The notes beneath the pieces were generated by a model. The model was given only the letters and a program-made list of their open reading frames with translations, had not been told where the DNA came from and searched no databases. From Pacificimonas sp. (GTDB lineage: Bacteria > Pseudomonadota > Alphaproteobacteria > Sphingomonadales > Sphingomonadaceae), in NCBI GenBank assembly GCA_049683075.1, contig JBAUIQ010000303.1, forward strand, positions 1-34,817: a DNA stretch of 34,817 bases. The letters run 5' to 3'. The translations under genes were made by a program, and so were the position numbers. Shown one piece after another: positions 9,843 to 21,031 of the stretch (position 1 is the stretch's first letter; each line of letters begins with the position of its first letter).

Positions 9843-11978
9843 ATGTCTAGCAGCGCACCTGCCGCCGTTCAAACACGTTACGCGCACGCTTCGTGGTGGG
9901 CGCAATGGACCGATCGTGTCGAAGGATGGCTGGCGGTTGAGCGGCACCAGTTGGTGCTGTTCACGCCGATCTGCATGGGGGCGGGGATCGGAGCCTGGTT
10001 CGCGCTGCCGACCGTCGTCAGCTGGATTGCGGCGCTTGCTGTTGCGATTGCGATAGCACTGCTCGCCTGTCTGCTAAACGGCTTGACGCGCGCTGTCGTC
10101 ACAGGCGGATCGCTTCTATTTGCATTCGGCTTGGCGATCGCTTGGAGCCATGCGGAGCGTGTCGCTGCCCCGGTGCTCGGTGACCAGCGATTTGGCCTGA
10201 CCTTCTCGGCTGAAGTGCTGCGCGTCGAGCCAATGCCCGCCCGTGACCGCACACGGTTGTATCTCCGCCCGCGTTCAGAATTGTCCGCCGACCTGACTGT
10301 TCGCATAAACGTGCGCAGCGAGCTGCCCGAAGGGATCGGCACCGGCGCGATCATCACGACGCGCGCCACGCTCTCGCCGCCTGCCGGACCAAGCGTTCCC
10401 GGCGGCTATCACTTTGCGCGCCGCGCCTGGTTCGAGGGCATCGGTGCAACCGGATACACATTGGGTCCCGTCGAGCTTGTGAGGTCTGCGCCGCCCCCCA
10501 CAGGTTTCGCGGCATGGCTCGCAGACTTTCGCACGGAATTGACGTTCGCGCTTCAACAGGGCGTCGGTGGCCGGGCGGGCGGGGTCGCCGCTGCGTTGGT
10601 GACCGGCGACCGTGGCGGTATCGAGCCGGACGTGACCGAAGCGATGCGCGACAGTGGGCTTGCACATTTGATCGCCATCTCGGGACTTCACATCGCTGTT
10701 GTCGTCGGCGGGACGATGTGGATCGTTCGGCGACTGTTGTTGCTCTCAAGTCGGCTTACCCTGCGTGTGGACGTCCGTTTGATTGCGGCCGGCGCGGCCG
10801 CTTTGGCAGGAATCGCCTATACGCTGATCGCCGGGGCAGGGGTCCCCACCGTGCGCGCGTGCATAGCCGTGCTGCTCGTCCTGCTCGGCCTTGCGGCGGG
10901 ACGCGAGGCCATTTCGCTGCGTCTAGTCGCCGTCGGTGCGACCCTAATCCTGATCTGGCGGCCCGACTATCTTCTCAGCCCCAGCTTTCAGCTCAGCTTC
11001 GCCGCGGTCACGGGCATCGTCGCGCTTTACCAATCGCCATGGGGACGGCGATGGTCGGCCCCGCACGAGGATGCGGGCTGGATAAGGAAGCTATGGCGAG
11101 GCGCAGTCGCGCTGTTCCTGACCGGCATCATTGCCGAACTCGCGATCGGCCCGATCGCGCTTTATCACTTCAATCAGATGGGCCTTTACGGCGCGGCGGC
11201 GAACCTCATCGCCATTCCATTAACGACCTTCATAATCATCCCACTTCTCATTCTTGCCGTTTTGACAATTCCACTTGGCTTGGCCGCACCGGCCTTTGCT
11301 GGCCTGCACATCGCGATCGGTGAGCTGATTGCATTGGCTGAGACAACATCCGCGCTTCCTGGGGCAGTCATTCTGCTGCCTGCGATCAGCCGCAGCGCCT
11401 TCGCGGTCTTTGTCCTGTCGGCTGCATGGATTTGCCTCTGGCAAACACGGCGTCGCTGGTACGGACTGACCGGAGTGGCCCTGGCCATGTTGATGGCCTT
11501 CGCAGCCGCGCGGCCGGACATTCTGGTGGGTCCGGACGGTCGGCACCTCGCCGTCCGTACGGCCAGCGGTGAATTATACATGCTCAGACCGCGCGTTGGC
11601 GAATATATCAGCGATATGTGGGGCGCGGCGGCGGGAAGCTCTTCATCAAATGTCGTCGACGACCTGCCTGCCACCGCTTGCTCTCGCGATGCCTGCACCC
11701 TTGTTCTCGATGGCGGCGAGCGTAACTGGCGCATCTTTGCGACGCGTAGCCGCGATCTCATCGCGCGTCCGGAAATGGAGAACGCTTGCACAACAGCCGA
11801 TATCGTCGTTAGCGACCGTCGCCTGCCGAACTGGTGTCGCCCCCGTTGGCTACGCCTCGGCCGAACCGAACTCGACCGCCTGGGCGCTCTTTCAATCGAC
11901 CTTAGTGGCCCGACCGTTCGCGCGGCGGCCGCGGAAGACGGCGACCATCCGTGGGCTCGGCATCTTCGCCGTCAGTAG
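9843..11978 (+). CDS. comEC: ComEC/Rec2 family DNA-uptake channel protein
   Basis: [29 protein letters not shown]...ANLIAIP; N-terminal OB-like region. Start is probably ATG 9843 (purine-rich upstream). Conserved gltX-comEC-lexA position. Confidence 0.9.
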   Translation: MSSSAPAAVQTRYAHASWWAQWTDRVEGWLAVERHQLVLFTPICMGAGIGAWFALPTVVSWIAALAVAIAIALLACLLNGLTRAVVTGGSLLFAFGLAIAWSHAERVAAPVLGDQRFGLTFSAEVLRVEPMPARDRTRLYLRPRSELSADLTVRINVRSELPEGIGTGAIITTRATLSPPAGPSVPGGYHFARRAWFEGIGATGYTLGPVELVRSAPPPTGFAAWLADFRTELTFALQQGVGGRAGGVAAALVTGDRGGIEPDVTEAMRDSGLAHLIAISGLHIAVVVGGTMWIVRRLLLLSSRLTLRVDVRLIAAGAAALAGIAYTLIAGAGVPTVRACIAVLLVLLGLAAGREAISLRLVAVGATLILIWRPDYLLSPSFQLSFAAVTGIVALYQSPWGRRWSAPHEDAGWIRKLWRGAVALFLTGIIAELAIGPIALYHFNQMGLYGAAANLIAIPLTTFIIIPLLILAVLTIPLGLAAPAFAGLHIAIGELIALAETTSALPGAVILLPAISRSAFAVFVLSAAWICLWQTRRRWYGLTGVALAMLMAFAAARPDILVGPDGRHLAVRTASGELYMLRPRVGEYISDMWGAAAGSSSSNVVDDLPATACSRDACTLVLDGGERNWRIFATRSRDLIARPEMENACTTADIVVSDRRLPNWCRPRWLRLGRTELDRLGALSIDLSGPTVRAAAAEDGDHPWARHLRRQ

Positions 11979-12625
11979 CGGCGGAGAAGGCCGACCAACT
12001 TGCCTTGGATCTTGACCTGGCTCGCCCGGTAATTTTGCGGACTATGTTCGCTGTTCGCGGGATCGAGGCGGATCATGTCGCCATTCTTATTCAGCGTCTT
12101 CAACGTGGCGTCATTGTCGTCCACCAGCGCCACGACGATATCGCCCGTCCGCGCCGTTTCGCAGCGTTCGATGAGCGCATAGTCGCCATCATGAATGCCA
12201 GCCTCGATCATCGAATCGCCAGAAACCTCCAGTGCATAATGATCGCCGCGGCCCAGTAGGGATGTGGGCAAGGTCAGTGTTTCGGTGGTCTCCAGCGCCT
12301 CGATCGGCTGACCGGCGGCAATGCGGCCGTGGAGCGGAATGTCGACGATATCGGGCTCGCTGTCGTTGGCCGGACGTGGTTTCGCGCGGAAGTCGACCTT
12401 CTTTACCTCGGCCTCCGGCATGCGAAGTACTTCGAGCGCTCGGGCGCGGTTCGGCAGGCGGCGAATGAATTTCCGTTCTTCAAGAGCGCTGACGAGGCGA
12501 TGGACGCCGCTCTTCGACTTCAGGTCGAGCGCCTCCTTCATCTCCTCGAAGCTCGGCGACACGCCACTGGATTTCAGCCGCTCGTCGATGAATCGCAACA
12601 ATTCGAACTGCTTTGCCGTCAACAT
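11972..12625 (-). CDS. lexA: SOS repressor LexA
   Basis: [10 protein letters not shown]...[25 protein letters not shown]; Ala-Gly cleavage site GRIAAG; catalytic Ser (GDSM) and Lys (ATLK). GGAGG RBS before ATG 12625. Confidence 0.97.
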   Translation of the reverse strand: MLTAKQFELLRFIDERLKSSGVSPSFEEMKEALDLKSKSGVHRLVSALEERKFIRRLPNRARALEVLRMPEAEVKKVDFRAKPRPANDSEPDIVDIPLHGRIAAGQPIEALETTETLTLPTSLLGRGDHYALEVSGDSMIEAGIHDGDYALIERCETARTGDIVVALVDDNDATLKTLNKNGDMIRLDPANSEHSPQNYRASQVKIQGKLVGLLRRY

Positions 12626-12645
12626 GTCCGGCCTCCTGAACCGTG

Positions 12646-12660
12646 GAACATGGAGGGAAC
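12646..12660 (-). promoter_or_regulatory. Alphaproteobacterial LexA box (SOS box) upstream of lexA
   Basis: + strand GAAC-ATGGAGG-GAAC, i.e. GTTC-N7-GTTC on the lexA strand, an exact match to the alphaproteobacterial LexA direct repeat. An extra GAAC half-site lies at 12638-12641. Confidence 0.88.
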
Positions 12661-12688
12661 GAATAGGGACCGTATCAGGACCTGTCAA
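12660..12688 (-). promoter_or_regulatory. Sigma70 promoter of lexA, with its -35 inside the moeA 3' end
   Basis: Minus strand TTGACA (12688-12683)-N17-TATTCG (12665-12660), directly abutting the SOS box. Confidence 0.75.
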
Positions 12689-13862
12689 GCAGGAGGACGG
12701 GTACCGACTCGCCGGGTTCCGCGGCCTCTGCATGCGGGGGCCTCACGATAAGCGCGTTCGCGGTTGCGAGCGCCGCCAGATGAGCGCTTCCTTGCTTGGC
12801 GATCGGCGTAACTTTACCACCGGAGAGCTGCGCCCGCAGATGATCGCCTCGTTCGGAATTGGCAGGCAGAGGCGCCATCAGCTCCGCATTCGTGATCGGC
12901 AGTTCCGCAGGAAGTCCCTGCAAGCGTCGGATCATGGGCAAGAGAAACAGGGTCGCGCAGACGAAAGCGGAAACGGGATTGCCGGGCAAACCGACGAGCC
13001 GGGCAGCGCCGATGCGGCCCGCGATAAGTGGCTTTCCCGGTTTGATCGCGATGCGCCAGAAATCGAGCGTCGCCCCTGCGGCGTCGAGCGCGTCTCGGAC
13101 GAGATCATGGTCGCCGACCGAGGCTCCGCCAATCGTGACAACGATGTCTGCGGAGCTCGCCTCCGCGATTGCGCGAGAGATGGCATCGAGATCGTCCGGC
13201 ACGATCCCGAGATCTTCGACCATCGCAGCCTCGCCCTCCAAAAGGCTTGCCAGCATGACGCCGTTTCCCGCCACGATCTGAGAAGGGCCAGGCGTCTCTC
13301 CGGGCAACACGAGTTCATCGCCGGTCGCGATCAATGTGACGCGCGGACGGCGGACGACGTTCAATGCATTGTGTCCGGACGTTGCGGCCAGCCCAACCAT
13401 AGCGTGACCGACCCGCTGCCCGGCGTTGAGAAGCTCATTACTCTTCCGAAAATCACTTCCGGCCTGTCGGACATGACCGCCTTCGCCGGGCGGACCGTCA
13501 CCCGTTAAAGCGATCGTCGCACCTGAGACCGTGACGTCTTCCTGGACGACCACCGTGTCCGCACCGTCAGGCAGAGGCGCACCGGTAAAAATGCGTACCG
13601 TTTCGCCCTTGCCGACGCTCCTATCGAACGCCCGACCCGCCGCACTTTCGCCGATTAGCGTCCATGGTCCTGGCATATCCGACCAACGTATCGCGTATCC
13701 GTCCATGGCAGATGCGGGGAACGGTGGTTGGTCGAACGCGGCAACGACCGGTTCTGCCAAAGTACGGCCAGCCGCTTCGCGAAGGGAAACGGCTTCGGCA
13801 GTCAGGGTCGTCAGCCCGTCGAGAAGCCGCGCCAGCGCCTCCTTGTAACTAAGCATGGTCAT
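12675..13862 (-). CDS. moeA: Molybdopterin molybdotransferase MoeA
   Basis: [62 protein letters not shown]. Confidence 0.95.
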   Translation of the reverse strand: MTMLSYKEALARLLDGLTTLTAEAVSLREAAGRTLAEPVVAAFDQPPFPASAMDGYAIRWSDMPGPWTLIGESAAGRAFDRSVGKGETVRIFTGAPLPDGADTVVVQEDVTVSGATIALTGDGPPGEGGHVRQAGSDFRKSNELLNAGQRVGHAMVGLAATSGHNALNVVRRPRVTLIATGDELVLPGETPGPSQIVAGNGVMLASLLEGEAAMVEDLGIVPDDLDAISRAIAEASSADIVVTIGGASVGDHDLVRDALDAAGATLDFWRIAIKPGKPLIAGRIGAARLVGLPGNPVSAFVCATLFLLPMIRRLQGLPAELPITNAELMAPLPANSERGDHLRAQLSGGKVTPIAKQGSAHLAALATANALIVRPPHAEAAEPGESVPVLLLDRS

Positions 13863-14332
13863 GCTCCGGGCGCGCGCCAGTCACCTGACTTCCCTCCCGA
13901 CTTGGACAGCAGCCTGATGCCCTCGATCCGCATCGCCTTGTCGATGGCCTTGGCCATGTCATAGATCGTCAGCAACGCGATATTGCAGGCGGTCAGTGCC
14001 TCCATCTCGACGCCGGTCCCAAAGGTCGTCGATGCACTCGCCTCGACCCGTACCCCGTCATCGGTCAGCATGAGATCGACAGTTGCGCCCGTCAGCGGCA
14101 GCGGGTGACAAAGTGGAATCAGCGCCGACGTCTGTTTCGCAGCTTGCAGCCCTGCAATGCGCGCCGTCGCGAATACATCGCCCTTGGGAACCGTACCATC
14201 GGCAATGGCTTGCCGCGCTGCCGCCGACATGACGATCCGCCCCTCGGCCACGGCGACGCGTTTGCTGGACGCTTTGGCCGAAATATCGACCATGTGCGCC
14301 GCGCCTTTGTCGTCGAGATGGGTCAGCCCCAA
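13859..14332 (-). CDS. moaC: Cyclic pyranopterin monophosphate synthase MoaC
   Basis: LTHLD..G.AHMVDIS, KGDV, LIPLCHPL, TGVEMEALT, YDMAKAID, KSGGKSG. TTG start preceded by GGAGG. Confidence 0.95.
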   Translation of the reverse strand: MGLTHLDDKGAAHMVDISAKASSKRVAVAEGRIVMSAAARQAIADGTVPKGDVFATARIAGLQAAKQTSALIPLCHPLPLTGATVDLMLTDDGVRVEASASTTFGTGVEMEALTACNIALLTIYDMAKAIDKAMRIEGIRLLSKSGGKSGDWRAPGA

Positions 14333-15123
14333 GGTGGCGGTCCTCCAATCAGCGTGCGCGTCGCCAGCGCCACATCCTCTTCGCGCATCAGCGTCTCGCC
14401 GACAAGGAACGCGCCAGCGCCTGCTGTAGACAGACGGTCCAGATCCTCACGTGACGACAGTCCGCTTTCCGCGATGAGCAACCGGTCCGCAGGGACAGAT
14501 GCAGCAAGGCGTTCAGTGGTCGCGAGATCGACATTCAGCGTTTTCAGGTTACGATTATTGATACCGATCATCGGCGAGCGCAGCCTCAGGGCTATCTCCA
14601 GTTCCGCCTCGTCATGCACTTCGATGAGGACGGCCAGTCCCAGGTCCATCGCGATCAGTTCGAGATCGCGCGCCTCGTAACGGTTGAGGGCTGCCATGAT
14701 GAGGAGGATTGCGTCTGCGCCGATCGCGCGTGCCTCCACCACTTGATAAGGATCGACGATGAAGTCCTTTCGAAGGACTGGGAGTGGCACAGCATTGGCG
14801 ACAGCCGTCACATAGGCGTCATCACCTTCGAACCATTTCTCCTCTGTCAGTACCGAGAGACAAGCCGCGCCGCCGTTCATGTAGGCGCGCGCCAGCGGCA
14901 CCGGCTCGAAGTCGTCGCGGATGCGGCCTTTCGAAGGACTGGCTCGTTTAATCTCGGCGATCAGCGGATGCTTACCTTTGACGGCGCGAAGGGCGGCGAC
15001 AAAATCCTTCGGCGCGTTCATCGTCGCTGTTCTCGCCTCCAGCATCGGCAGCGGTACGGCGCGTTTCCGCTCCTGATAGATCGTACGCTTGTGCGCGATG
15101 ATCTCGCTGAGCGTATTGCTCAT
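14323..15123 (-). CDS. trpC: Indole-3-glycerol phosphate synthase
   Basis: IAEIKRASPSKG, LSVLTE, LRKDFI, GINNRNL, AESG, LVGE. ATGA coupling to trpD. Confidence 0.96.
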   Translation of the reverse strand: MSNTLSEIIAHKRTIYQERKRAVPLPMLEARTATMNAPKDFVAALRAVKGKHPLIAEIKRASPSKGRIRDDFEPVPLARAYMNGGAACLSVLTEEKWFEGDDAYVTAVANAVPLPVLRKDFIVDPYQVVEARAIGADAILLIMAALNRYEARDLELIAMDLGLAVLIEVHDEAELEIALRLRSPMIGINNRNLKTLNVDLATTERLAASVPADRLLIAESGLSSREDLDRLSTAGAGAFLVGETLMREEDVALATRTLIGGPPPWG

Positions 15124-16100
15124 TGAAAGTCCTTCCACTGGGCGAGTTTGGCGCGGGCTGCGCCGTCGTCGATGGCGTCGGCGGCAAGCGTCGCGCCCGT
15201 CGTCAGATTGTCGGTGCGACCGGCGATCGTCAGCGCGGCCGCCGCATTCAGTACGGTGATGTCACGATAACCGCCACCTGCGCCGTCAAGAAGCGCCAGC
15301 AACGCCGCAGCGTTCTCCTCGGGCGTGCCGCCTCGAATGGTTTCCGGCGCGTTGACGGCGAGGCCTGCATCGGTTGGCGAGACGACGCGTTCCGTAATGG
15401 TATCGGCGGTCAGTTCGGACACGTGGCTGTCCGTGGTCACCGTAAGTTCGTCGAGCCCGTCGCCGCCATGGACGACCATCGCCGAGCGCGCACCCAGAGC
15501 GCGCAGCGCTTCGGCAAGCGGCCTCGTCCAGACCGCGTCCGGAACGCCGACGAGCTGTCGAGTGACGCTCGCCGGGTTCGCGAGCGGCCCGAGCAGGTTG
15601 AAGATTGTTCGCACCTTCAGCGCTCGACGAACGGGCGCGACGCGCGCCATCACCGGATGATGTCGCGCCGCAAACAGAAAGCCAATGCCGACCTCTGAAA
15701 TCGACGCTTCCACGCGCTCTGGGGCGAGGTCTAGATCGAGACCGAGACAGGCCAGAATGTCCGCAGCCCCTGACTTCGAGGAGGCCGCGCGGTTACCGTG
15801 TTTGGCCACCGGCACACCGCAGGCTGCAACGACGATGGCCACGGCGGTCGAGATGTTTCGCGTGTGCATCCCGTCGCCGCCCGTGCCGCAAACGTCGATC
15901 GCGTCGATTGGCGCGGAGACCTCAATCATGTTTCGCCGTAACGCGCGGGCGGCCCCGACGATCTCCGCGACGGTTTCGCCGCGTTTGGCGAGGCCGAGCA
16001 GGAAAGACGCGATGTCCCCATCGTCTACGGTCCCGGAAAGAATGGCGTCGAACGCCGCCTCCGGATTGCCGAGCGGCTCGCGCGGATCGGGCAGTTTCAT
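15120..16100 (-). CDS. trpD: Anthranilate phosphoribosyltransferase
   Basis: [47 protein letters not shown]. Confidence 0.96.
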   Translation of the reverse strand: MKLPDPREPLGNPEAAFDAILSGTVDDGDIASFLLGLAKRGETVAEIVGAARALRRNMIEVSAPIDAIDVCGTGGDGMHTRNISTAVAIVVAACGVPVAKHGNRAASSKSGAADILACLGLDLDLAPERVEASISEVGIGFLFAARHHPVMARVAPVRRALKVRTIFNLLGPLANPASVTRQLVGVPDAVWTRPLAEALRALGARSAMVVHGGDGLDELTVTTDSHVSELTADTITERVVSPTDAGLAVNAPETIRGGTPEENAAALLALLDGAGGGYRDITVLNAAAALTIAGRTDNLTTGATLAADAIDDGAARAKLAQWKDFQ

Positions 16101-16672
16101 TCGGCTAGACCCGCCAGTCTCAGAAAATTCTTTAGGAGCGCATGGCCGTTGTCGGTCGCGATACTCTCCGGATGGAATTGCACGCCGTGCAGGGGCAATT
16201 CGGGATGACGAAGCCCTTGGATAATGCCGTCGTCGCTATGCGCATTGGCGATCAGCGGCGCGGGCGCATGCTCGACGATCAAGGAGTGATAGCGTGTCGC
16301 CGTGAATGGCGAAGGCAGCCCAGCGAATACCCCGGTCTGATCATGTTCGACTGGCGAAGTCTTGCCGTGCACTACCTGCGGCGCGCGCACCACGTCGCCA
16401 CCAAAATGTTGGGCGAGCGCCTGATGACCCAGACATACGCCCAGAAGCGGGGTGCGCGCGTCGATCAGGGCCGGTAGCAACGCTAGCGAAATCCCCGCTT
16501 CGTTCGGCGTACACGGTCCCGGCGAAATCAGCACGGCCGCGGGCTTTCGCGCGATGGCTTCGGCGGCAGACAGCGCATCGTTCCGCTCGACCGCAACCTC
16601 CGCCCCCAGCTCCTGCAAGTAGTGTACGAGATTGTAGGTGAAACTGTCGTAATTATCGATGACGAGGATCAT
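16097..16672 (-). CDS. trpG: Anthranilate synthase component II (glutamine amidotransferase)
   Basis: [41 protein letters not shown]. Start 16672 overlaps the trpE stop. Confidence 0.95.
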   Translation of the reverse strand: MILVIDNYDSFTYNLVHYLQELGAEVAVERNDALSAAEAIARKPAAVLISPGPCTPNEAGISLALLPALIDARTPLLGVCLGHQALAQHFGGDVVRAPQVVHGKTSPVEHDQTGVFAGLPSPFTATRYHSLIVEHAPAPLIANAHSDDGIIQGLRHPELPLHGVQFHPESIATDNGHALLKNFLRLAGLAE

Positions 16673-18168
16673 TGCCCGAACCCCGCGTCTCCAGCGCGCG
16701 CCAGGGCTTCGCGGGCCGCCGCGACGAGCGCCCCGGCCTTCGCTTCGCATTCGCGCTGCTCGGCGGCGGGATCGCTGTCGGCGACGATGCCTGCGCCCGC
16801 CTGGACATGCATCTTTCCGTCTTTGAGCACGGCGGTGCGAAGGACGATGCAACTGTCCATATCGCCCGCCGGGCTGAAATAGCCGACGCCGCCAGCATAG
16901 GCGCCGCGTCTTTCGGGTTCGAGTTCGGCGATAATCTGCATGGCGCGAACCTTCGGCGCGCCGGAGACCGTGCCGGCCGGGAAGCCCGCCATCAATGCGT
17001 CGATGGCGTCATGTTCTTTCGCCAATCGCCCTTCGACATTCGAGACGATGTGCATAACGTGACTATAGAGTTCGACGTCCTCGCGAGACGTCACGGCGAC
17101 GCTGTCCCGATCAGCGACCCGGCCCACGTCATTCCTGCCAAGGTCGAGGAGCATCAGATGCTCGGCGCGCTCCTTCGGGTCGGCGAGGAGTTCGCTGCGG
17201 TTCACGTCGTCCTCGCGCGCGTCCGCGCCACGCGGCCGCGTGCCCGCGATCGGGCGGACGGTAATCTTGCCGTCTCGGACCCGCACGAGGATCTCGGGGC
17301 TTGAGCCGACGAGTGCGAAACCGGGCAGGTCGATCATGTATAGGAAGGGGGAGGGATTGATACGGCGAAGGGCGCGATAAAGCGCCAGCGGCGATAGCGG
17401 AAAATCCATCGAGAAGCGCTGGGCGAGGACAACCTGAAAGACGTCGCCGGCTAGAATATAGTCTTTGGCCGCGCCGACCATCTCACCATAGCGTTCGGAC
17501 GTTATATTCGGCGTCAAGGTGCCGTCTGGCAGTTCGCTTCGATGCGTCAGGACTGGAACGGGTGCCGCAAGTTTCGCCAGCGCGGTCTCGATACGTTCGA
17601 CGGCGCGCTCATATGCGTCGCCCGGTCCGCCCGGATAGACCGGGACGGCAACGTAGAGCGCGTCGTCGAGCCGGTCGAAAACCAGCAGTAGGCGCGGGCG
17701 TACGAGAAACATGTCAGGAAGGCCAAGGCCATCGCTTGCGGCGGGAGGGACTGGTTCGATCAGGCCGATCGTCTCATAGCCGATATGCCCGACGAGCGTT
17801 GCAAACGCGGGCGGTAATCCTTCCGGCATTACCATGCGCGTCTTACCGACAAGGTCGCGGAGAACGTCGAGAGGCGCGTCTGGCTTGGATGAGAACGCGT
17901 CGGGATCGTTTGCGAACTGAGCATTGATCTCGGCGCGACCCCTCTCGACCCTGAAAGCGAGGTCTGGGTCGAAGCCGAGCATCGTGTAACGTCCGCGCGT
18001 TGTCCCGCCCTCCACGGACTCTAGGATGAAGCCACCGGACTTGGGTCGCCCCAGCTTGAGCATGGCGCCGACGGGCGTTTCCGTATCCGCGACTGTCCGC
18101 GTCCACACCATCTGCGGCCGACCATCCGCATACACCTTGGCGAATGCCTCGGGATCCGGCTGGATCAT
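16669..18168 (-). CDS. trpE: Anthranilate synthase component I
   Basis: [72 protein letters not shown]. Confidence 0.96.
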   Translation of the reverse strand: MIQPDPEAFAKVYADGRPQMVWTRTVADTETPVGAMLKLGRPKSGGFILESVEGGTTRGRYTMLGFDPDLAFRVERGRAEINAQFANDPDAFSSKPDAPLDVLRDLVGKTRMVMPEGLPPAFATLVGHIGYETIGLIEPVPPAASDGLGLPDMFLVRPRLLLVFDRLDDALYVAVPVYPGGPGDAYERAVERIETALAKLAAPVPVLTHRSELPDGTLTPNITSERYGEMVGAAKDYILAGDVFQVVLAQRFSMDFPLSPLALYRALRRINPSPFLYMIDLPGFALVGSSPEILVRVRDGKITVRPIAGTRPRGADAREDDVNRSELLADPKERAEHLMLLDLGRNDVGRVADRDSVAVTSREDVELYSHVMHIVSNVEGRLAKEHDAIDALMAGFPAGTVSGAPKVRAMQIIAELEPERRGAYAGGVGYFSPAGDMDSCIVLRTAVLKDGKMHVQAGAGIVADSDPAAEQRECEAKAGALVAAAREALARAGDAGFGQ

Positions 18169-18190
18169 CGACCGTCTCTCTCGCCCTCGG

Positions 18191-20128
18191 CTAGAGACCG
18201 CCGAGCCCAACGTTCAGATAGCGGGCTTCGAGTTCATTGATAGCGTCGGGGAAGCGTTCGACACCCACCTCGTCGCTGACGGCGCGGGCAAACGCGTCCT
18301 GCAGCTCGCGCGCACTGGCTTCACGAAGCTGGCTCTTCACGGTCGCAAGGAAAGTCGGCGCATCCGCTAGCCGTCCCGGAACGATATCGTCAGTGCGTAC
18401 AATCAGGACCGCGCCGCGCGCGGGTTCGGTGACGGGGCGGATATCGCCTTCGGATTGATTGAACCCTTGAACGATGGCGGCGGGGACCTGCTGTTGCTGC
18501 TGAGCCGACAGTTCGATCCGCCGTGCCGTGAAGGGCTGCACTGGCGGCAAGTTACGCGACGACAGTTCAGCTCCCAGGTCTGCGCCGCCCTCGACGGCCG
18601 CGACGATCTCCGCCGCTGCGGCTTCCGCTGCATCGATCTGGCGCTGCAGCACGAATTGCGACGTCACCTGCTCCCGGATCGCATCGAGCGGAACGGGCGC
18701 GGGCGCGACTTCTTCCTCGACATCGAGAAGCGCGAAAAGGTTGGGCGCGAGATCGACGGCCACCGGCTCTTCATCGGCACCGAATTCGAAGGCGGCATCG
18801 ACGAGCGGGGCAGCCCGCTCGGGCATTGCGAACGAAGGATCGTCCGGCGTCTGACCATTTGGCAAAAGCGCGGGCGGCGATTGGACCTCGAGACCGAGTT
18901 CGTCGGCCACTTCGGTCAGCGAGGCACCATCGGCAAAGGCATCTTCCGCCTCACCAATCAGGTCTGCCATGCGCGCTTCGGCGGCGTCTGCGCGCAGACG
19001 CGTTTCGATATCGTCGCGGACCTCCGCCAAGGGCCGCGCGGGCGTGACCTCGATCATATCGACGCTCGCGACGTGCCAACCGAAATCGGACTGGATGGGG
19101 CCGACAATCACGCCTTCCGCCTCGGCGGCATAGACGGCATCGGCAAGCTCATCGTTGACAGTCACGGCCAGCTGATCTCGCGACTGTGTGCCCAGCTCCA
19201 GATCCGCTGGTGTCAGCTCGAGAAGTTCGGCGGCGACGGCGGCGAAGTCCTCACCATCGCGCGTCCGTTCGGCGAGCGTCGTGGCAATCGCACGATCGGG
19301 CGCGACGGCTTGGCGCAGACTTCGCGTACTGCGTTCGCCATATAGATCGTCGCTGCGCTCAAAGAAGTCCCGGATCTCGGCATCGCTGATATCGGCCTCC
19401 GCCGCCATCGAGGACCCGTCGATCAGCGCGTAGCGGAACCGCCGCCGCTCCGGCACGGTGAAGCGCGCGATGTTCTCCTGATAATAGGCCTCGACCTCTT
19501 CCGCGCTCGGCTCGGACGCGTCGGCGAATGCCTGGAACGGCACCGCCCCGAGCGAAAGGGTGCGCTGCTCCAGCTGATATAGCGCGATCGGTTCCGCGAT
19601 ACCGTCGGGCACGGGGGTTGGGCTGGCGAGAACGGACAGAAGCTGGCGCCGGACAAGATCGTCTCGCAGACTTTCACGCAGAAATTCCTCAGAGAGCCGC
19701 TGCGAGGTTAAGACCTGACGGTATGTCGTCTCGGAGAAGTTGCCGTCCGGCCCCTGGAAGGCTGGGGTTTGCGCAATTTCCGCGTCGACCATACGCTTCG
19801 ACGCGCCGATGCCGAGCTCGTCCCCGAAGACGCGCAGTGCCGCCGAAGCGATCATGCGCTCCAAGGTTGCCTGCACCCCACCTTCGCGCGCGGCCTGCTC
19901 GGTCGTGATTTCGGAATTTTCCGCGCGAAGCAGGTCGACGGTCCTGTCGAACTGGTCGCCAAGTTCGTTCTGCGAGATTTCGCGATCGCCAACCTCGGCG
20001 ACCGTATCGGACGCCACACCGCCGCCCAGCGGATCGCCCATGCCGACGATGACGAATGCCACAAGCACAAGCGCAAACAACGCCAGCACGATGGGATTTT
20101 TGAGACCGCGGCGGAGGAGGGACAGCAT
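18191..20128 (-). CDS. ppiD: PpiD/SurA-N family membrane-anchored periplasmic chaperone (parvulin-like)
   Basis: N-terminal TM anchor, SurA-N-like domain (VAEVGDREIS...FQGPDGNFS..YRQVL), rotamase-like GPIQSDFGWHV. Divergent from tpiA as usual in alphaproteobacteria. Confidence 0.85.
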   Translation of the reverse strand: MLSLLRRGLKNPIVLALFALVLVAFVIVGMGDPLGGGVASDTVAEVGDREISQNELGDQFDRTVDLLRAENSEITTEQAAREGGVQATLERMIASAALRVFGDELGIGASKRMVDAEIAQTPAFQGPDGNFSETTYRQVLTSQRLSEEFLRESLRDDLVRRQLLSVLASPTPVPDGIAEPIALYQLEQRTLSLGAVPFQAFADASEPSAEEVEAYYQENIARFTVPERRRFRYALIDGSSMAAEADISDAEIRDFFERSDDLYGERSTRSLRQAVAPDRAIATTLAERTRDGEDFAAVAAELLELTPADLELGTQSRDQLAVTVNDELADAVYAAEAEGVIVGPIQSDFGWHVASVDMIEVTPARPLAEVRDDIETRLRADAAEARMADLIGEAEDAFADGASLTEVADELGLEVQSPPALLPNGQTPDDPSFAMPERAAPLVDAAFEFGADEEPVAVDLAPNLFALLDVEEEVAPAPVPLDAIREQVTSQFVLQRQIDAAEAAAAEIVAAVEGGADLGAELSSRNLPPVQPFTARRIELSAQQQQQVPAAIVQGFNQSEGDIRPVTEPARGAVLIVRTDDIVPGRLADAPTFLATVKSQLREASARELQDAFARAVSDEVGVERFPDAINELEARYLNVGLGGL

Positions 20129-20162
20129 GATCTTAGTTCCGGTGGCAACAAGGGACCGGCGG

Positions 20163-20190
20163 CTTATAGGGGACGCCAGCATATCGGCAA
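20163..20190 (-). promoter_or_regulatory. Putative promoter of ppiD (sigma70- or RpoH-like)
   Basis: Minus strand TTGCCG-ATATGCTGGCGT-CCCCTATAAG, about 35 nt upstream of the ppiD ATG. Confidence 0.45.
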
Positions 20191-20211
20191 CAGGAAGGGA
20201 CGACGAAGGAC

Positions 20212-20955
20212 ATGCACGCGCGCAAACTGATCGCCGGGAACTGGAAAATGAACGGCACGCATGAGGACGCCGGTCGTATCGGGGCGTTCGCGATGCTGGC
20301 GGACGGCGCGCCCGAGGACGTCGCTGTCGCGCTTGCCGTACCGCACACGCTTCTCTTCACGGCATCCGAAGTCAGCGCCGACACGCGCCTTCGCATCGGC
20401 GGCGAAGATTGTCATCCGGCTGACAGTGGCGCGCATACCGGCTGCGTGTCCGCTCCGATGTTGGCCTCGGCTGGTGCAAATTTTACTCTCGTCGGCCACA
20501 GCGAGCGACGAGCGGATCAGGGCGAGACCGATGCCGACGTAAGAGCCAAGGCTGACGCTGCCTTGGAGGCAGGCCTCGACGTCATCGTCTGCGTCGGCGA
20601 AACGGAAGCGGAACGCGACGTTGGGCAGGCGGAGAGAGTGGTGGAGGGCCAGCTTTCCGGGTCATTGCCGGACGTCCAGACCGGCCGCGTGACCATCGCC
20701 TATGAACCCGTGTGGGCGATAGGAACGGGACGGACACCGACCACCGCGGATGTCGCCGCGATGCACGATCACATTCGAAAGGTCTTGAAGACACGCTTCG
20801 GGTCTGAGGGCGAGCTAATGCTCATCCTCTATGGCGGTTCGGTAAAGGGTTCGAATGCCGCCGAACTTCTGGCCGCGAGCAACGTCGGCGGCGCGCTCGT
20901 TGGCGGTGCGAGCCTGAAGGTCGAGGACTTCCGGCCCATCGTCGAAGCTGCCTGA
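20212..20955 (+). CDS. tpiA: Triosephosphate isomerase
   Basis: AGNWKMNG, VGHSERR, AYEPVWAIGTG, LYGGSV, GALVGGASL. Confidence 0.97.
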   Translation: MHARKLIAGNWKMNGTHEDAGRIGAFAMLADGAPEDVAVALAVPHTLLFTASEVSADTRLRIGGEDCHPADSGAHTGCVSAPMLASAGANFTLVGHSERRADQGETDADVRAKADAALEAGLDVIVCVGETEAERDVGQAERVVEGQLSGSLPDVQTGRVTIAYEPVWAIGTGRTPTTADVAAMHDHIRKVLKTRFGSEGELMLILYGGSVKGSNAAELLAASNVGGALVGGASLKVEDFRPIVEAA

Positions 20956-20994
20956 AGTCCCGCTTCTCACGCGCATCGCGAAGCCTCTCAAACC

Positions 20995-21022
20995 TTGCCC
21001 CTGACCGCCGACGCCTTATATG
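20995..21022 (+). promoter_or_regulatory. Putative sigma70 promoter of secG (very short or no leader)
   Basis: (C)TTGCCC-N16-TATATG, ending 9 nt before ATG 21032; no SD sequence. Confidence 0.45.
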
Positions 21023-21031
21023 CGCGCGGCT

